The position numbers and the translations under genes are program-made. The notes beneath the pieces were generated by a model. It saw only the letters and a program-made list of their open reading frames with translations. It was not told where the DNA came from and did no database searches. A stretch of DNA of 64,000 bases from Eledone cirrhosa (Eukaryota), in assembly GCA_964016885.1 (NCBI GenBank), contig OZ024744.1:70928001-70992000 (forward strand), given 5' to 3'. Positions 28,055 through 42,000 of the stretch are shown here, in pieces (the first letter of the stretch is position 1; each line of letters begins with the position of its first letter).

Positions 28055-28130
<76 letters not shown>

Positions 28131-28295
28131 GAATAACTGAAAGTAGATGAATCTAAATCTACTCTATTTTAACAAGGTGCATTAAAGCTCAATGTGTTAT
28201 TCAGGTCTCCCAGGTATGATGCTGATACTTGAAGATGGCGAAAATCACAGAGCATAAATATTCTTTTCAGAGGAAGTAGCCAAAAACTTTGTGAG

Positions 28296-28575
28296 GGCAA
28301 GTGACTTAGTGGTAAGGGTGTTAGACTTACAATCATAATGTTGAGGGTTCGATTCCTGGGTTTGGTTGTGTGTTGTTTCTTGAGCAAAACACTTCATTTT
28401 ATGCTGCTCCAGTATACTCAGCTGAAAATGAGTACCAGCAATAGCTGCGGGTTTAACCCTGTTATGGACTGGCATCCTGTCCAGGGGAAGTCTTGTACTC
28501 TCAGTCGCTTCACCCCATGAAACTGGGATAAGTACTGGCCTAACAAGCCTTCTGGTATACAGACTTTGGAACAAA
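28296..28575 (+). mobile_element. Second tRNA-derived SINE family (CORE-like body)
   Basis: TGACTTAGTGG A box, GGTTCGATTCC B box, cttgagcaaaacactt core. Relatives at ~3270-3400, 22045-22150 (-) and 22352-22465. Confidence 0.75.
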
Positions 28576-28740
28576 AGGCTTTACTCAGTTAAGAATGTTT
28601 TGATTAAGAGATATAATACCAATTAACTAAATTAATTAGTTGTTTAATTAATTATATCGACGATACAATAATCTCTCAGAATCTCATCAGGAAAACAGAA
28701 TTGTTTAGATTAGTCATTTGGTCTCATCATATTATTACAT

Positions 28741-29123
28741 AATGGATTGGCAGTATTGATAGAGCATCGGACACCCAGCTTACGACTCTTTATGTTCTGA
28801 GTTCAACTCCTGCCGAGATTAGCTTTGCTTTTCATCCTTACAGGGTCAATAAAATAAGGCACCAGTAATGCACTGGGGTCGATTTAATTGACTTTCCCCT
28901 CCCCTAAAATAGTTGGCCTTTTGCCTCTATCAGAAATCATTTGGATTGGCAGTATCGGTAGAGGGTCGGACGCCATGCTTTCCAGCATAGTTACTTCCCT
29001 TTACGGACTGGGTTCAAATCCCGCCGAGGTTGACTTTGCCTTTCATCCTTACGGGGTCGATAAAATAAAGTACCAGTAATACACTGGATAATTGCTGGCC
29101 TTGTGCCTAAAGTAGAAACAATT
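28741..29123 (+). mobile_element. Tandem SINE pair
   Basis: Same family, flanked by atattattaca repeats. Confidence 0.88.
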
Positions 29124-29314
29124 ATATTATTACACAAGCAAGAATTCAAGAAGAGAAAGAAAAAAAATAACAAGAAAAAAAGAAAGACCGGTGCCCCAGC
29201 ATAGCCTCAGCTGGATGGCTGGAACAGGTAAAAGAGTAAAAGAGCCCAGGTAAGGTGTGTGACAACCCCTCCCCTCACCCCCACATAAATTTAAGCATTA
29301 TGGAGGAAGTAAGT

Positions 29315-29500
29315 TATGCAGTGAACACCATGGTCTTGTCCATTAAATTGTTGTCAACGTAGGAGCTGGAGGCCCTTTTCACCTTCAACCCAAACCCCAG
29401 CCGGGTCAGACAGTACATCTGGCCCTTATATCTTACTAGCTGATAATTCCATAGTTTCTCAGCCACATCACGCATCATCTGTCACCAGTGTTGCAAGGTT
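29315..29500 (-). mobile_element. Degenerate RT fragment of the same LTR family
   Basis: The minus strand reads EKLWNYQLVRYKGQMYCLTRLGFGL..KRASSSYVDN, compared with EKLWQYQLVRYKGRTYCLTRLGF..KRATNSYIDD at 55.2 kb. Confidence 0.8.
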
Positions 29501-30128
29501 TCTCTGTAAGCTCATTGCTAGTATGGAATGGTACATCCAGTACCGGCATCACTACCAATTCTTAACATATTGTCTGCAGCCAGAAATGAGAGAAGAGAGA
29601 GAGAGAAAAAAAATGCACAATACCGAAATAGCTTGCGGTACAAGGTGGAAACGTAGCTCATCTACCTCATGAGATGTCTCACTGGTTGATCTTATCCAGA
29701 TGGAATATATCAATGTCCACAAGTGCCCAGCCTGACTATACCCTCTGGTCAGATAACATAACCATGGAGTAAAAACCACAACATGCCTGCTTCTCCAAAC
29801 TGTTGTTGACGAGAGAAAGAAAGATCCCCAAACTCTGCTGCTACTTTCTGCTTCCCATTACGTCATGTCACTGTCCCGTTCTGTTTTCCAGCAAAGCCCT
29901 CTGATCCTATGACATCACTAGACTTATACTTCTAACAAGGCCTCCTAGACCCACAGCATTTCTTAAATGTTAGTATATAAACATAATTTATATAAAAAAA
30001 TAAAAAAATGTAATATAACAACAAAAAAAAAGGATTGTGGGTGAAAACCCTCAAACCCAATCACACATGACAACAAGGGGCACAGTTGTTTTTGCTGTAT
30101 TTTCTTAGGTAACGTTCTAAATATCAAC

Positions 30129-30737
30129 TTTTTTTTTTAACACTACAGTAATTGTTTTATTCACAGTTGAATAAAAAAAGAGATATAATGACACTATGCT
30201 TAAAAAACGAAAGCACAAACAAATATAATATAAAGGAAAGGGAGAGGAAAAACAAAACAAAAGAAAGACGAAAAGAAAGAGGAAAGAAAAAAAGAAAGAA
30301 AAACCCAGAAGCAGGTAGCTTCTAGGAGCACATATAACAAAAGGCAGGCGAAAGGGGTGGACAAGCAAGCCACTACCAGAGTAAAAGATAACAGTATCAC
30401 AAGGAGCACTGGGAAACCTCTCTAATGATTTTTTAGGCAAGCCAGCACACTCGCAGCGTTACCTCTGGTGATGGCGAGGCTGATACGCTAGAACAACCAA
30501 GGGCCCTCACAAGCTTCACCAGTTACCTCTGTTAGGTGAGCCACCAGTGAAGATAGGGACCTCGCAGTCAGTAGCCTGACTCCCCCAAACGTCTCGAACG
30601 CGACAGACTGGAAAATGTAGTTGGTCGACACAGTATTTTAGGATTTTATTCCATTCAGCTCCAGAAGCTGTTTCTCTCGCCCTAACCGCAGCATCCAGGA
30701 TGTGGGAAGAAGCAAAAGAGTCACTCATTGCGACGTC
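30129..30737 (-). mobile_element. 3' end of a CRE-like RLE non-LTR retrotransposon with AATAAA and poly(A)
   Basis: The minus strand, with one frameshift, reads DVAMSDSFA..AE.NKILKY../YIFQSVAFETFG..RISLAITRGNAASVL, resembling the CRE-type RLE C-terminus. A10 tail at 30138-30129. Confidence 0.75.
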
Positions 30738-30977
30738 CTAGACAAGGCACCTGCCTGTTGACCAGAGGCACAAGATAAAGGCTGTCAGGTCTTTATCCAT
30801 CAATTCTGGACAACCCAGATGGTTCCAAAATTGAGGGATGTTTGCCTGGAATATCAACTTACTGATGAAAACCTGTGTTATTTTATTGAATTCCTCCAAA
30901 TCTATGGGTATTTTCAAAATTAAATGAAACACATAGGCGATTGAAAGGGAAACTAAAGAGTTAGTGATGTAAAACCA

Positions 30978-32616
30978 GTGTCACCTAAAAAATAAACGCA
31001 ACCATGCCTCTCCTGGTCTTGATGGTGTTACGTACCTGCTTCTTAAACGTGGTAGGTACTTCCTTCTGCACCAGCTATCACGCTTCTTCCAATTCTGTCT
31101 GAACAACGGTGCTACTCCAGAACAGTGGAAAACTGCCAGTGTCATTCCTCTGTTCAAAAAGGGGGACCGCACATCACCTGTGAACTATCGTCCAGTCAGT
31201 CTTACTAGTTGCATTGCCAAACTGATGGAATTCTGTGTCAGAGAAACACTTTGGAACTTCTGGAACTCTCACAGTCTTATCCAGCTCTCGCAATTTGGAT
31301 TTATCCCCAACTCCAGCTGCTGTGATCAACTTATCGAGTTTCTTGAGGACATCACCCGGATCACTGATGGCGGCTCATGGGTGGATGTTGTTTACCTTGA
31401 CTTTGCGAAAGCTTTCAATTCTGTGCCACACAAAAGGCTTATGGCAAAACTCTCTGCAATGAGTGTGAAGGATGATCTTTTTAACTGGTTGAAGTCCTTC
31501 ATTCTCAGTCGAAGAGAGGTAGTCACAGTTCTGGGACAGCATTCCTCACCATATGAGATGTCATCTGGTGTACCACAGGGATCTGTTCTTGGCCCCCTTT
31601 TGTTTGTGGCATATATTAATGACATAGATGCCAACTTAAAGAATGCCAGAGTACTAAAGTACGCAGATGACATCAAGCTGTACCTTGAGATAAAAAGGAC
31701 AGATCCTGAACACTATAGATGTTTCCTGCAGTCTGACCTGGACACAATGCAACAATGGATCTCAGACTGGCAACTCAAGCTAGCTGTGGACAAATGCACC
31801 ACCATGCATTTGGGAGTAAAAACCCAGTGTCCACATATTCCCTCCACAGCACTAATATCAAGAAGTCTTCTTGTGAACGTGACCTGGGCATTATGGTCAG
31901 CAGCGATTTGCGTTGGATGAAGCACATCTCTAAAATTGACAAGAGGGCTGAGGGTGTCTTATCATCACCCAGCAAGACCTTTGTCAGCCGCTCTCCAGCT
32001 ATCTATTTAAGGCTGTACATGACTATGGTGCGACCACACTTAGAATTTGCATCACCAGTCTGGAACCCCTATCTTGCTCAGAACATTGACCGCCTGGAAA
32101 CTGTTCAGAGATGTGCAACCAAGCGAATACCCTCCATCAGGCATCTACCATACTCTGAATGCCTTGCTTCCCTGGGCATGGATACGTTGAAGCTCCGACA
32201 CCTGGCAACTGACTTGGTAAACACCCACAAAATTATTAACCATCTTGCCAACAACAACCCTGATTTTGGATTTCCATGTGTCTAACACATGACGGCATGC
32301 CTACAAAGTCAGAAAACAGCACAGCTACCATGAGTTTCGGAAACAGTTTTCACGCTCAGAGTTGCTGAAGCATGGAACAAACTACCTGCTTCCGTTGTTA
32401 GCTGTCGAGACACTGCATCCTTTAAAACCTCCATGCTTCCCGAGATTTGCCAACACTACACCTAATGTTCCCCTTCCACACACATACACACATGTATATC
32501 ATGACTTATACACTATTCACTTCCCTGACATTTGTATATTATTCTATGTACTATACATGCACCTTTGACGAGTTGTAATGCACCTGAGCACTTTACACAA
32601 TAATTTCATTGTTATT
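30978..32616 (+). mobile_element. CR1-group LINE, 5'-truncated
   Basis: NYRPVSLTS, VDVVYLDFAKAF, GVPQGSVLGP, YADD and VRPHLEFASPVWNP motifs; one frameshift at ~31810. Confidence 0.92.
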
Positions 32617-32850
32617 AGAAGATAAGTGATGGTGCACATAATAAAATGAAGTCTGGTGATTTATAGATGTAGTTATAGATGGAAATAGCCACAGATTAGA
32701 TGTGAAATGTAAGTCTCATTTCAAACTGCTCATTACTTTAGTAAGCAGTGCTAAACACATGGGATCTATCTTCTGGGTTACAGGTAAATACATGTACATA
32801 TAGTGTACATGTATATGATGTACTTACCAACCTTTGTTCTGGCCTAGTTA

Positions 32851-33037
32851 CAGACCTGCCAATCTCTAAAAATCCAAACGGGAAGTACCATGAAAAAAGA
32901 ATTCCCCAAAATGGAGAAAAATGAGGCAAAATGGAGAGATTTTACATAATACCCATTTTCACAAGAGAAGACATCTCTCACCCACCCCAAAGTGGGTGGG
33001 TGATTTCCGCGTCGGATGGGGAGAGTTGACAGGTCTA
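32851..33037. mobile_element. ~185-bp MITE with 6-bp TSD (second copy at 1324-1501)
   Basis: TIR CAGACCTGCCAA / TTGACAGGTCT; TSD tagtta/tagtta here and aagata/aagtta at 1.3 kb. Confidence 0.8.
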
Positions 33038-33181
33038 TAGTTACAGTGTCACATCTATACCCTCATGAGAACTGCTTGTGTTTCATCATAGTGAAACTGT
33101 TTTATACAAAAGCTCTTATCACTAAAAATATTTTTAAAAAAAATGGAGACCTGGTTTGAACACCAACAAAAACCACCTCAC

Positions 33182-33347
33182 CTTCTTAGCATTTGATAAT
33201 TGGTTAGGGTAAACTAGAAGTTCTGCAAACATTATGTTATTCTTAACAGCCCTTGAAGCTGTTGACTGAGCATGATGCGGAAGACGTTGTTGATAATCAT
33301 AGTCAAATAGATCATCACAAACCGGGGTTTGCACTGCCAACGGCCAT
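33182..33347 (-). CDS. Host gene internal exon B (WPLAVQTPVCDDLFDYDYQQRLPHH...PNQLSNAKK)
   Basis: Acceptor tttttaactctttcAG and donor AAG|GTGAGG. 166 bp = 1+55 codons of non-repetitive protein-like sequence, ending in phase 0. Confidence 0.8.
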
Positions 33348-33448
33348 CTGAAAGAGTTAAAAATAAAAAAAAGGAAATCAAATATTTGTTTGCCATAAGT
33401 GAATTATACTAACCCACCAGTTCTATAAAACAAAACCACTCATTTTAA

Positions 33449-33656
33449 CCCTTTAGCATTTAAACCAGCCATATCGGGCCAGAATTCTCTCACCTCTTTC
33501 TATTCAATCCGGCTGTAACTGGCTGCTCATACTGATGTTAAGGTATTGTTCTCAAAATAAATAATATCAAAATCTCATAGATTCAATATTATGTGAGATA
33601 AAGTCTTTACCACAAAAATACAATAGTATATATAGAGTAATGTAAATGCTAAAGGG
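33449..33656. mobile_element. piggyBac-type MITE (208 bp)
   Basis: TTAA TSD and 14-bp TIR CCCTTTAGCATTTA. Other copies at 18043-18250 (inverted), ~15830-16232 (with SINE), 37324-37667 (truncated) and an end at ~57618. Confidence 0.9.
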
Positions 33657-34484
33657 TTAAAGGGTTTCTATTTAAAATAAACTCTTCCAACATTAATTTT
33701 AGGTAAATTTATAGAATACCCTCTTCAATTTCATGAAGCTTTTTTTGTGTACTATCAACCATTCATACGATTTTCTTTTTCTTTTTCATGTGTTAAGAAT
33801 GAAAATGACCTCCAAACAAGTTAAAAATGACTAGATTTGTAGAAAAAGCAGGGTGAACGGGGGCAAAAAGACCATTGGATCTTACACCTCTCATGTTTGG
33901 TGGGAAATAATTATTTTTCCTTTTTTTATGTGCGCTATCAACTAATCTGACCTCTTAGATGCTTGCAATAGACATTTTCCCTGGAAAATGGAATAATTAC
34001 CTCAGTGCATTACTGGTGCTTTATTTTATCGACCCTGTAAGGATGAAAGGCAAAGTCAACCTCGACGGGATTTGAACTCAGACCATAAAGGACCGTAACT
34101 CTATGCGTCAAAGCATGGCGTCCGACCCTCTACTGATACTGCCAATCCACCACCCAAGAGCATAATAATAATGATAATTATAATAGTAATAATATACATA
34201 CAAACATACACGCACACATACATACATGCACACATACATACATACATGCACACATACATACATATATACATACATACACATACGTACATATATACATACA
34301 TACACACACATTTATACATACATATATATATACATACATACACACATATTTACACACATACATACATATGGTCCTTATTGGCCACAAGGGCCTATATATA
34401 AGGGACAATACAATAGACAGGGACAGCTGGGAGTGTTTATATATATAATGTGTAAAAAATATAAATAAGAATAACAAAATAACA

Positions 34485-34534
34485 ATAGTAGTAGTAGCAG
34501 CAGCAGCGGCAGTGGTAGTGGTAGTAGTAGTAGC

Positions 34535-34605
<71 letters not shown>

Positions 34606-34770
34606 TAGTAGCAATAGCAGCAGCAGTAGTGGTAGTAGTAGTAGTAGTGGTAGTGGTATGGTAGTAGTAGCAGCAGCAGCAGCAGCAGCAGCAGTAGCAG
34701 TAGTAGTAGTAGTAGTAGTGGTGGTAGCAGTAGTAGTAATGGTATAGTAGTAGTAGCAGCAGCAGCAGCG

Positions 34771-34818
<48 letters not shown>

Positions 34819-34923
34819 ACAGCAATAGCAGCAGCAGTAGTGGTAGTAGTAGTAGTAATGGTAGTGGTATAGTAGTAGTAGCAGCAGCAGCAGTAGCAGC
34901 AGCAGCAGCAGTAGCAGCAGCAA

Positions 34924-34979
<56 letters not shown>

Positions 34980-34980
34980 A

Positions 34981-35012
<32 letters not shown>

Positions 35013-35123
35013 ACAGCAAAAGCAGCAGCAGTAGTGGTAGTAGTAGTAGTAATGGTAGTGGTATAGTAGTAGTAGCAGCAGCAGCAGTAGCAGTAGTAGC
35101 AGCAGCAGCAGTAGCAGCAGCAA

Positions 35124-35164
<41 letters not shown>

Positions 35165-35216
35165 ACAGCAATAGCAGCAGCAGTAGTGGTAATAGTAGTA
35201 GTAATGGTAATGGTAT

Positions 35217-35271
<55 letters not shown>

Positions 35272-35272
35272 G
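34485..35272. repeat. (TAG)/(CAG) microsatellite with higher-order units
   Basis: Direct inspection. Confidence 0.95.
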
Positions 35273-35552
35273 TTAAGAATACACAGCCAGTGGGCAATGT
35301 GAAGAAACAGTTCAACTTCAATAAAAAACAGAAATTGTTCTTGTCATTGATTCTAAGAAAGAATATATCATTGGTGGAGAAATAGTAAATATTTTGGTCT
35401 CTTATTTGACTACATCAGAAGGGTTAAAGATCAAAGGAAAGAACAATCCAATGTCCTGGTGTCTAATGGGAAAATATGAATATACATATATACATGCATG
35501 CATACATGCATACATATATATGTATGTGTGTATGTGTGTATTTATATATATA

Positions 35553-35599
<47 letters not shown>

Positions 35600-35607
35600 G
35601 CTAGCAT

Positions 35608-35657
<50 letters not shown>

Positions 35658-36651
35658 TAATCAAAAACCTTTCAAGATGTGAAAGAGTCTTTTCATTTCC
35701 CACCTATCGTTTGTTTAACCCCCGAAGTCAAAACTGATCTGGCAGGCCAAACTACTAAGTTCATTCCCAGTTCCCACCATTACTATATTGACTTCAGACA
35801 TAGTGTATTTACGACTACATTATCCAATGTGTCTTTATTTTTGAAGGTATCAAAAAATGATTTTGGAGAAATGACTGCCACGTCTAGCATATAATAGTGT
35901 CAACATGCGGCACAAGGCACCCAGCATTTTCGAGGGAAGGGGAAATTCGATTAAATCAACCCCCGTAAGGATGAAAGGCAACACTAACCGCGGCAGGATT
36001 TGAACTCAGAGCATGTTGTCCGACATTCTACTGGTACTGCCAATCCAATTCTAGCAAATTATAATATAACACACCAATTGTTGTTGGTGATATTGAGCCA
36101 CCGATCAGTCCTGGTAATGTAGACCTACGATCAAAGTTCTTCCAGAAATCACCATCCCATCTCTTTACATATCAGTAACTACATTGTTCTCAATGCTTTC
36201 TTCCTTTCTTTTTAAGACGATAGGGTGGGATTTGAAGGAATTTTTGCTGCTATCTCAAGCATGGGTGCAGGATGGGCGTATAATTAAGATATTCACTTTG
36301 CGACCGTGTGGTTTTAGTTGAATCCCACTGTACAGCACAAAAGGGTTCATCGTTACATCGTCAATCATCATCTCCATGATGCTATCAACAAAGCTATTTC
36401 TTTTTTTTCCTTGGCATTCTTCTTGACCTATTTCCAAGTGCTTTCCCACAACCAACTATTTCTGTAGACCAACCACTTCTATTATATGTCGAAAATATCG
36501 AAGTGTTTTTACATGTCTAGTGTGTATCTGGTTTGCAATAGCTATAAGAAGTGATCAAATGTGTTGGTGTGAGGAAGAGCTTCCATCTGTAAAACGTTGC
36601 TTCAAATGGTTTTATCCAACACAAACCAGCATGGAAAAGTTGATGTAAAAA

Positions 36652-36665
36652 CGATGATGATGATA

Positions 36666-36700
<35 letters not shown>

Positions 36701-36903
36701 GATGGTGATGATGATGATGATAATGGTGGTGGTGGTGATGATGATGATGCTGATGATGATGATGATGAGGAGGAGGAGGAGGAGGAGGATGGTGGTGGTG
36801 TTGGTGGTGGTGGTGGTGGTGATGATGATGATGATGATGATGATGGGGATGATGATGACGATGATGATGTTGATGATGATGATGATGATGTTGATGATGG
36901 CGA

Positions 36904-36935
<32 letters not shown>

Positions 36936-36951
36936 ATGATGATGATGATGT

Positions 36952-37000
<49 letters not shown>

Positions 37001-37002
37001 GG

Positions 37003-37033
<31 letters not shown>

Positions 37034-37146
37034 AATGGTGATGATGATGATGATAATGGTGATGATGATGATAATGGTGATGATGATGATAATGGTGGTG
37101 ATGATGATGATGGTGATGATGATAATGGTGATGATGATGATAATGG

Positions 37147-37176
<30 letters not shown>
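36652..37176. repeat. (GAT)/(GGT) microsatellite extending from an RTE-like tail
   Basis: Preceded by aaccagcatggaaaagttgatgtaaaaacgatgatg. Confidence 0.95.
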
Positions 37177-37177
<1 letters not shown>

Positions 37178-37427
37178 ATCATGCTCAATTTCAGTTTTTT
37201 CCAACACACATAAATTTTCCCTTTTTTTTCTCCCCAGCTATCATTTCTTTCTTCCTGCCTATCTCATACTTAGTATTATTTATAATACCAAACTTGAAAC
37301 TCTCTATCTTTTTCCTAATTTAACCCTTTAGCATTTAAACCAGCCGTATCCAGCCAGAATTCTCTCACCTCTTTCTGTTCAAACCAGCTGTAACTGATGT
37401 TAAGGTATTTTTCTCAAAATAAATAAT

Positions 37428-37619
37428 TGTTTCTACTTTTGGCACAAGGCCAGTAATTATCCCAGTGCATTACTGGTACTTTATTTTATCGACCCCGTAA
37501 GGATGAAAGGCAAAGTTAACCTCGGCGGGATTTGAACTCAGATCATAAAGGGGCGTAACTCTATACGTGAAAGCATGGCGTCCGACCCTCTACCGATACT
37601 GCCAATCGACCACCCTTAA
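37428..37619 (-). mobile_element. Full-length SINE with 16-bp TSD inside a TTAA MITE
   Basis: TSD tctcaaaataaataat at 37412-37427 and 37620-37635. Confidence 0.92.
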
Positions 37620-37688
37620 TCTCAAAATAAATAATATCAAAATCTCAGATTTGATATCATGTGAGATATTATTATTATTATTATTATT

Positions 37689-39053
37689 GTTCTTTGAGTC
37701 TCAGTCATTGATGTTATTTAACTGGAAAGTTTGTTGAAATGAATATGAAGCCGCTACCTGCAGCCTCAGATATTCAGGACGTATTGGAGGGTTCTTGCTG
37801 TTCCCAGCAAGCATGCCTTTTGAAGTGTTCCAAAAAGCGGGGCTGGACTAATCGTCTTTAACCATCCTTGAGATAGTACCTAGTGTGCCTATGACAATCG
37901 GGACGACCTTGATTTCATGGCAGTTCCAAATCCTTTTTAACTCCCACTTTAAATCCTGGTATTTTCTCCCTCTCCTTTTCTTGCACTCTCGTGTCAAATG
38001 GGCAGGCTACATCTACAATCAGGCACAATTTTTTTTCCTTGTCCAAAACCACCAGGTCAGGCCTATTGTGTTCTAATTTTTTGTCTGTCTGTATCCTAAA
38101 ATCCCATAGCACCTTCACCTGATCATTTTCTATCACTGACTCTGGCTTATGCTCATACCACTTCTCAGAATGTGGTAAATTGTTTACTTTGCATAGATGC
38201 CAGTGGATCACCCTGCCTATCACATCATGTCTCTAGCCTTTATAGTGAGTCTGGGCTAGGTGTTTACTCTCGGATACAATGTGAGCCACAGTCTCCTCTC
38301 TCTCTCCACAGATCCTTGTAAATATGGTGTTTCAACCACTTCGTTTTGAGGGCTTGCTCTTGCGCAGCCATTAGCATTCCTTCTGTAGCTTTTTTAAGGT
38401 CTCCTCTTTTTAACCAGTTCCATGTCTGTAGATCTCTAAATTCCGTTTTCTTAAAGAAGGTACTATGAAGGGATTTTTCATAAAGGTTGCTCTTCCTCCT
38501 TGTTGTTATTTCCTCCCTAGACATCCCCTGGTCTATTGTCTTCTCCTTCAGTACAATTTTGAGCATTGGTTCCCTACTCTCAGTCACATACTTGTGCAGG
38601 TTGTTTTTCTCCATCTGAACACAGTCCTCTATGCTGATAAGACCTCTTCCACCTGCAGATCTCTTTAAGTAGAGTCAATCAACATCACTCCTTTTGTGGA
38701 ACATGTTGTAGATAGTCAATAGCTTCCTAGTCTTCGTATCCATTTCTTTTTGTTCAGCAACATTCCATTTCAGAATTCCTGCACTGTACCTAATAATAGA
38801 CACAGCTCGGGAATTTACTGCACTTATGACATTCCTACTGTTCAGATGTGACTTTAATACACTCCTTACTCTCCTTATGTACTCAGATCTTATCAATTCC
38901 TTCATTTTTTTGTTCTTGATGTCATCTGCCTCCAGAACACCTAAATATTTGTATTCTTCTTCAGTGTCAATTTCCTTTATCATCTCACCCGTTGGTACCT
39001 GGATTCCATTGCTTCTGCTCAGTTTACTCCTCTTCATCACTAGGACTCCACAC
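37689..39053 (-). mobile_element. R4-clade (Dong/Rex6-like) RLE LINE, 5'-truncated and frameshifted, in (TAA)n
   Basis: YKYLGVLE, LWDFRIQTD, HNRPDLVV and IVDVACPFD motifs; both ends abut TTA repeats. Confidence 0.9.
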
Positions 39054-39070
39054 TTATTATTATTATTATT

Positions 39071-42000
39071 GGCGACCTACGTAGGAAATCGTATTATCGT
39101 ATTAAGGTTTGTTGTTTTCAGTTGTTTCAAATTGCCATTTATGGAAAATTTTTGTTGTTAAGTGTTTATAAGTTCACATATATTGGTTTCTGAAAAGGAC
39201 ACTCAAAAAGATTGAGGCCTTAAGCCCAAAATTTAAACTTTTATAATTATCAAACAAAAAATTTCTTTGAAAAATCATGGATGACTCACAACCACACGAG
39301 GCTGACAGCCTTCCTCACAAACTAACACCTCACACCGACACCACCATTGTAAATATTACTACGTTTACCAACAATAAAAATATAAGCAGTAGCAATAATT
39401 TAAATTTGTCTCATGCAGACATTCATTTGCCGCCATTACCAATGACTGCAGGTGTTGAAGCCGCCCCCCCGCCCCCACCACAGCGACAACAGAAACAAAA
39501 GAAAAAAATAAATTATCTCGTGACATCGAAATGGATTCACCCAGATTCGCCTCTTCCACATCGAACACCACTGACGCCACCACCACCACAACTGAAACTA
39601 AAAATAACAATAACAACAACAGCAACAACAACAATGAGAATAACAACAAAAACATCAACACCACCGCAAATGTGTCGTTTGCCAAAGCAGCCAAGAAATG
39701 CGAAACAATCGAGGTAACTCAGGAGGAATTAAATGAAGTCAAGAGAATGGTAAAGAAAGATGGGTACAGGGTCAGCCCACCCCCCACCTAATAAAATGGA
39801 GCATCGGCGCCTATGCACCGTGTCTTATCGGACAATTAACACAAAATCACGCCAAGTGGAACGGGCATCCGAGTCCCAAATCCCAAAAGCTTTGGGACAT
39901 GTGTGGGCGAAAAAAACCCACATCAGACGTGGGCAGAAATATGGAACTGTGGACGTGTTCTTTGGAACACCACAGGAGGCCAGAGAGCACTCCATGGCCC
40001 ATTAAGAAGCGACGACTTCACACTCGTCCCAAGCTATTGTGGCCAGAGACTCGTGAAGATCAGGGTGACCCACGTTCCACCGGCCATCGAAATTCCCTGG
40101 CTAATGGCTGCCGTCCTCGCCGGCATCGAGGCCAACACCAAAATAATTGAAATATCAAAAGAAAAGCAGGAGAACTGGTCCGGATCTGGGATGAGCTCCT
40201 GATCCAAGTGGACCAAAAAAGCATTGAGGAAATCCCAGAGGTAATAGACCTCACTGACGGCATCCACCTCACCGTAATCGTCGAGGGTAGAAGGCCTAGG
40301 TGTGTCGTTTGTGGTGAAGGAATCCACCTAAAGGCTTTCTGCCCTCAGGCTAAAAAGTTGAGGCCACCTCTCTTACCCACCCCAGTGACTCAACCATCAA
40401 CACCACCAGCATCAGAAATGGTAGTAACAACTGTAGCAACAACAACAGAAGCAACTGTAGCAGCAACAACCCCAGCAACAGTAGCAAAACTAACACCACC
40501 ATCACCAACACCACAAAAGTCACCAAAAAGCGAAACAGAAACAAACCCACAACGAAACAAAACAACCAAAACGATACACACTACACAGCATTAAATTTGA
40601 ACAACAACCAATTATTACACTACATCCAACACAACACCAGCATCACAGAAAAAGACTACACAACACCCCAAAAAGTTCACACCACCTCCACACATACAAA
40701 TCACTCGCATCACACAGAAAACGTATACAACACTAAAACAAAAATTCTACAAAGACATCGGAGACTTCCGACAAGCACTCTCCAGGAGGATTTATAAAGA
40801 CATCCTTCCGGAGGAGGCCACAAGCAGTGAAAAGGATGGAGAAACCATCCTTCCTCTACGAGAAGTAAGGTAAGTGGTCTTTCCCATCTTTTCCACTCCT
40901 TTTCAACATGACCTCACTCAGAATAGCCAGCATAAATGTGCGTGGCTTGGGATCGTCATGGAAGCAGCGGCAGGCAGGATCGAGGGATGGACTTTAGTGT
41001 CTACCTCGACGGACTGCTGCGGCTCTCGGCAACTGGGGCGGAGTGTTGCAAAAAGCCGATAACAGCCGCTGAAGTACAGGAGGCAATGACTGGCTGTACA
41101 AGGTGTAAATCGCCTGGTTTGGATGGTTTGCCCTATGAACTTTACGTACAGATGCCAGACTTGTTCGGAGTCCTCTTGGTGGACGTCTACTGCAACTGGC
41201 AACAGAATGGGAGAATTCCCAGCTTTGTGAGCCGAGGAGTGGTGGCGCTGCTGAGAAAGGATCTGAACAAGGGGGATAACATAGATAATTTCAGGCCCAT
41301 AACTCTGCTAAACACAGAGTTCAAGATTTTGGCCAAGATGCTAGCAAAGAGGTTGGCGCTTGTCCTTGGTGGTCTGGTGGGAGAGGCGCAGACATGCGCC
41401 ATTCCAAACAGATCCATCCACGACAACCTCCATCTCATGCAATACATCGTGGAGAGGGTAGCTAGGGAACCTGGCACGGGTGGGTCCTTGATCAATTTAG
41501 ATCAGTTGAAAGCTTTCGATAGGGTCGACCATCATTACCTAGCGGCAGTCCTGAGGGCGGCTGGCTTTGGGCTCATCTTCAGAGGCTGGATCTCTGCCAT
41601 GCACAGCGACATCTGCTCTGTGGTGAGAGTGAACAGTCACCTTTCGGAACCGTTCAACATCATGCGCTCGGTCCGCCAAGGATGTCCCTTCTCGTCCCTT
41701 TTGTACGTATTGACTCTCGAGCCATTACTGCACAAACTGGAGACGTTGAGGGGGGTCCCGCGCGAACTAGGATGCGGAAGATCCGTGTCAGCATATGCGG
41801 ACGATGTCACCGTAGTGGTGTCAAACGCTAAACACATCGAGGCGATCGGCACTACACTAAGAGAATACGAAGCGGTGACAGGAGCAATGATCAAACAGGA
41901 AAAGTCAGTGGGCCTGCAGCTCGGCACTTGGCGAGGTAGGTCCATGCCATCCAACAGCGTCGTCAGGCGCTGGACGGACGGACTGGTTAAATTGCTAGGG

